Shown here: positions 60,729-64,000 of the stretch, in pieces
Numbering within the stretch: position 1 is the first letter of the stretch
Layout of the letters: every line of letters starts with the position of its first letter
Origin: an uncultured Eubacteriales bacterium
GTDB taxonomy: Bacteria; Bacillota; Clostridia; Christensenellales; Borkfalkiaceae
Assembly: GCA_958421945.1 (NCBI GenBank)
Contig: CATZMZ010000008.1
Location: 10,278 to 74,277 of the forward strand
Length of the DNA stretch: 64,000 nt
Direction: 5' to 3'
The notes under the pieces: generated by a model
What the model was told of the DNA's origin: nothing
Database searches by the model: none
Seen by the model: only the letters and a program-made list of their open reading frames with translations
Position numbers and translations under genes: made by a program

Positions 60729-63158
60729 ATGGACTTAAAGAAAATCGAAAAGAAATGGCAAGAAAGATGGGACAAAGATAAGCTTGCAAAATTTAACCCG
60801 AAAAATATCGGCAAAAAATATTATTGCCTTGAAATGTTTTCCTATCCTTCCGCGGCAAAGCTTCACTTGGGACACTGGTATAACTACGCCCCCACGGACA
60901 GCTTCGTCAGATATAAAAAAATGAAAGGCTATGAAGTGTTTCAACCGATGGGATTCGACGCGTTCGGTCTCCCCGCGGAAAATTACGCTATAAAAACGGG
61001 TGTCCACCCCAAAGATTCTACCGAACAGAATATCGCAAATATGGAAGAAACGCTTAAAGAAATGGGCGCGCTTTTCGACTGGAGTGCGGAAATTAAAACC
61101 TGCGAAGAAGATTATTATAAATGGACGCAGTGGGTTTTCCTAAAACTTTACGAAAAAGGACTTGCTTACAGAAAGGAAGCACCCGTCAACTGGTGTCCCT
61201 CATGCAAAACCGTTCTCGCAAACGAGCAAGTCGTGAACGGCGCGTGCGAACGCTGCGGTTCTACGGTCGTTAAAAAAGATTTAACGCAATGGTTCTTTAA
61301 GATAACCGACTATGCCGAGGAGCTTTTACAAGGTTTAAAAGACCTCGACTGGCCTGAAAAAACTAAGCTTATGCAGAAAAACTGGATAGGTAAATCCACG
61401 GGCGGCGAAATTGAATTTACCTGCGAAAGCGGCGATAAATTCAAGGTGTTTACCACCCGTGCGGACACGCTTTTCGGTGTTTCTTACGTCGTTCTCGCGC
61501 CCGAGCATCCGCTCGTTAAAAAACTCACCTCGGACAAGCAGCGGCAAGCCGTCGAGGATTATATTTTAGAAACCTCCAAAACCAACGAAATAGACAGACT
61601 TTCCACCACGCGTGAAAAAACGGGCGTATATATCGGACACAACGCCATTAACCCCATTAACGGAAAATCCGTCCCTATTTATGCCGCCGATTACGTACTC
61701 TATTCCTATGGAACGGGTGCGGTAATGGGCGTTCCCGCTCACGACGAGAGAGATTTCGAGTTCGCTAAAAAATACGACTTACCTATAACCCGCGTTATTA
61801 AGGGTGTCGGTTGTAACGACGATTTGCCCTTCGTTGAGGACGGAATCGTTATCAACAGTCCCGGATTTGACGGGTTAAACGGCGAAGAAGCGAGAAAAGC
61901 TATCTTAAACAAACTTGCCAAGGAAGGCATTGGCGAACATAAAACTAATTACAGATTGAGAGACTGGCTCGTTTCCCGTCAGCGTTACTGGGGCGCGCCT
62001 ATCCCCGTGATTTACTGCGATAAATGCGGTATCGTGCCCGTCCCATACGAGGATTTGCCCGTTAAACTCCCCTACGACGTGGAATTTAAACCTGACGGCG
62101 AATCTCCGCTCGCGAAGCACAAAGGTTTTATGGAAACGACCTGCCCCGTTTGCGGCGCACCCGCACACAGAGACCCCGACACGCTCGACACTTTCGTTTG
62201 TTCGAGTTGGTATTATTTAAGATACCCCGACGCGCACAACGCAAAAGAGCCTTTCGACCCCGAAATTATAAACAAAATGCTGCCCGTCGATAAATACGTG
62301 GGCGGTGCGGAACACGCTTGCATGCACCTGCTTTATGCGAGATTTATAACGAAAGCTTTAAGAGATATGGGATATCTCAAATTTGACGAGCCGTTTAAGT
62401 CGCTTGTGCATCAGGGTGTAATTTTAGGTCCGGACGGCTTCCGTATGAGCAAGTCTAAGGGCAATATCATCGCTCCCGACCCCTACGTTAAACAATACGG
62501 CTCTGACGTTTTAAGGCTTTACCTTATGTTCGGATTCTCGTATACCGAGGGCGGTCCGTGGAATGACGACGGTATAAAGGCTATTACAAAATTTCTCGAC
62601 AGAGTGGAAAGATTGTGCAACAAGCTTGCCGAAACGCCCGTCGGCAATTACGACGCTATCGGAAAGGATGAAAAAGAGCTTTTATACGCGACGAATTACG
62701 CGATTAAATGCGTTGACAGAGATTTGAACGCGTTTTCGTTTAACACCGCGGTCGCAAGACTTATGGAACTTTTGAACGCGTTTTATAAATACGACGCACT
62801 TACCGGACAGAAAAACGTTAAACTATTTAAAGATTGCTTCGATAAATTCGTTTTATTGTTAGCGCCTTGCGCGCCGCATTTTGCGGAGGAAATCAACGAA
62901 ATCGACGGAAATAAAGCCTCCGTATTCACGCGTGAGTTCCCCGTTTGCGACGAATCGGCTCTCGTTCTCGACGAAATCGAGGTGGCTGTCCAGATTAACA
63001 GCAAAATGCGCTGTAAGCTTGTTATCCCCTCCTCTTGCGACGAACAGACCGCCAGAGAACTGATTTTTAAAGATGAAAAGCTTGCCGCGGAGCTTAAAGA
63101 TAAAGACATCAAAAAGTTGATAATCGTTCCTAAACGGCTTATAAATATTATCGTTTAA
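60729..63158 (+). CDS. leuS: Leucine--tRNA ligase
   Basis: 809 aa with the HIGH motif (LHLGHWYNY), KMSKS (RMSKSKGN), and the CP1 editing domain. Confidence 0.96.
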   Translation: MDLKKIEKKWQERWDKDKLAKFNPKNIGKKYYCLEMFSYPSAAKLHLGHWYNYAPTDSFVRYKKMKGYEVFQPMGFDAFGLPAENYAIKTGVHPKDSTEQNIANMEETLKEMGALFDWSAEIKTCEEDYYKWTQWVFLKLYEKGLAYRKEAPVNWCPSCKTVLANEQVVNGACERCGSTVVKKDLTQWFFKITDYAEELLQGLKDLDWPEKTKLMQKNWIGKSTGGEIEFTCESGDKFKVFTTRADTLFGVSYVVLAPEHPLVKKLTSDKQRQAVEDYILETSKTNEIDRLSTTREKTGVYIGHNAINPINGKSVPIYAADYVLYSYGTGAVMGVPAHDERDFEFAKKYDLPITRVIKGVGCNDDLPFVEDGIVINSPGFDGLNGEEARKAILNKLAKEGIGEHKTNYRLRDWLVSRQRYWGAPIPVIYCDKCGIVPVPYEDLPVKLPYDVEFKPDGESPLAKHKGFMETTCPVCGAPAHRDPDTLDTFVCSSWYYLRYPDAHNAKEPFDPEIINKMLPVDKYVGGAEHACMHLLYARFITKALRDMGYLKFDEPFKSLVHQGVILGPDGFRMSKSKGNIIAPDPYVKQYGSDVLRLYLMFGFSYTEGGPWNDDGIKAITKFLDRVERLCNKLAETPVGNYDAIGKDEKELLYATNYAIKCVDRDLNAFSFNTAVARLMELLNAFYKYDALTGQKNVKLFKDCFDKFVLLLAPCAPHFAEEINEIDGNKASVFTREFPVCDESALVLDEIEVAVQINSKMRCKLVIPSSCDEQTARELIFKDEKLAAELKDKDIKKLIIVPKRLINIIV

Positions 63159-63241
63159 CGGTATTCGAAGTCAACGGTTAAAATTTCGGCGCAAGCATAA
63201 ATTTTGAGCTTGCGCCGTCAAAAAAACGATAAAAACGAATT

Positions 63242-64000
63242 ATGAGAATTAAAAGAAACAAAAAAACAGTTAAAAAAATCGAAAGATATCATCCCGACGT
63301 AAATCAGGGGCTTACCGCCGAGCAGGTTAAAGAAAGATTCGAGGACGGTTACGCTAATCGCGTCGAAAAAAAATATTCAAAATCTATTCTCGGTATTTTT
63401 GCAAGCAATATTTTAACCCTTTTCAATCTTCTCGGTTTAATCGTTTTTATCGGCTTGGTTCTCGTTAAAGCCGACATAATGAATTTTGTTTTCGTTATCG
63501 TTTATCTCGTTAATATTACGATAGGCATTATTCAGGAATTAAAGGCTAAATACTGCATCGATAAGCTTTCGCTTATTTCAAGCAAGCACAGTACGGTGAT
63601 AAGAGACGGCGTGAAAAAGGAAGTGCAATCCGCCAATATCGTTTTAGACGATATAATTATTCTCGGACTTGGAAATCAAGTCCCCACAGACTGTCTTATT
63701 TTAGAGGGCGAAACGGAGGTCAACGAAGCGCTTTTAACGGGCGAATCCGTCCCCGTTAAAAAAACCGCGGGCGACGAGCTTCTTTCCGGAAGCTATATCA
63801 CCGGCGGAACGTGTACCGTTCAGGCAATTAAAGTTGGTAAACATAATTATATATCCAAACTAGCGGCAAAAGCCAAAAAGTATAAAAAACCGCAATCGGA
63901 ACTTATCGGCTCGCTTAAAATGATTATTAAAATTTTAAGCTTTGTTATTATACCTATCGGCGCGCTGTTTTTTATTAAATCGACCATTCTCCCCGACGCG
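63242..64000 (+). CDS. P-type (HAD-IC) cation-transporting ATPase, N-terminal part, truncated by the window end
   Basis: Open frame from ATG 63242 to the window end, 253 codons: MRIKRNKKTVKKIERYHPDVNQGLTAEQVKERFEDGYANR..., TM1/TM2, and the actuator-domain motif NEALLTGESVPVKK. It is absent from the ORF track because there is no stop codon in the window. Confidence 0.8.
   Translation, partial: MRIKRNKKTVKKIERYHPDVNQGLTAEQVKERFEDGYANRVEKKYSKSILGIFASNILTLFNLLGLIVFIGLVLVKADIMNFVFVIVYLVNITIGIIQELKAKYCIDKLSLISSKHSTVIRDGVKKEVQSANIVLDDIIILGLGNQVPTDCLILEGETEVNEALLTGESVPVKKTAGDELLSGSYITGGTCTVQAIKVGKHNYISKLAAKAKKYKKPQSELIGSLKMIIKILSFVIIPIGALFFIKSTILPDA

Noticed and set aside
63188-63216. GGCGCAAGC-N11-GCTTGCGCC hairpin after leuS, considered as a terminator
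   Set aside because: The stem is good, but the plus-strand tail is A-rich (GTCAAAAAAA) and not U-rich. It may be a weak or Rho-assisted terminator, or an mRNA-stabilising hairpin. The evidence is not strong enough to call it.
1-64000. Scan for CRISPR arrays, IS elements or transposases, toxin-antitoxin pairs, restriction-modification or other defence systems, and prophage genes
   Set aside because: I saw no spaced direct-repeat array, no transposase-like ORF, and no defence-type domains. All sizeable ORFs have housekeeping, sporulation or metabolic assignments.

Overview
This window is a chromosomal segment from a low-GC, endospore-forming Firmicute (Clostridia-like), made up almost entirely of housekeeping, sporulation and carbohydrate or amino-acid metabolism genes. 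I found no CRISPR array, prophage or recognisable defence system.

Gene content, left to right:
- A six-tRNA cluster on the minus strand.
- spoIIAA-spoIIAB-sigF, spoVAC/D/E and yunB.
- T-box-controlled pheST.
- mutS2, then a cysteine desulfurase with thiI, a class A PBP, and miaB.
- mutS-mutL-miaA, a YnbB-like PLP enzyme, and lexA.
- A NagA-like/NagB-like/ceramidase-like cluster.
- A solitary Xer-like tyrosine recombinase and a membrane-anchored PadR regulator.
- A rhamnose/glycosidase cluster, lgt and tRNA-Ser.
- A glycerol-3-phosphate-dehydrogenase-like operon with a divergent DeoR regulator.
- A DD-carboxypeptidase and spoIVB.
- An 8-gene symporter/aryl-CoA ligase/indolepyruvate:ferredoxin oxidoreductase/ACT/amidohydrolase/aminotransferase operon.
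- kdgK-eda, purB, a galactokinase-like gene, leuS, and the 5' part of a P-type ATPase.

Most interesting observations, none of which appear in the ORF track:
1. A 24-codon leader ORF with 8 Tyr and 4 Phe codons. It has its own consensus promoter, and an intrinsic terminator sits directly in front of the aryl-acid/IOR operon. This is the classic layout of ribosome-mediated attenuation.
2. A 38-bp dif-like core site (16-bp inverted arms around a 6-bp spacer) 110 bp upstream of the lone Xer-like recombinase. It lies exactly where gene orientation switches from plus to minus, which makes it a candidate replication terminus.
3. A roughly 114-nt GC-rich, multi-hairpin candidate small RNA next to tRNA-Ser, with a near-consensus extended -10 promoter and its own terminator.
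4. A small acidic Cys-rich ORF transcribed divergently from lexA across a shared LexA-box-like palindrome.
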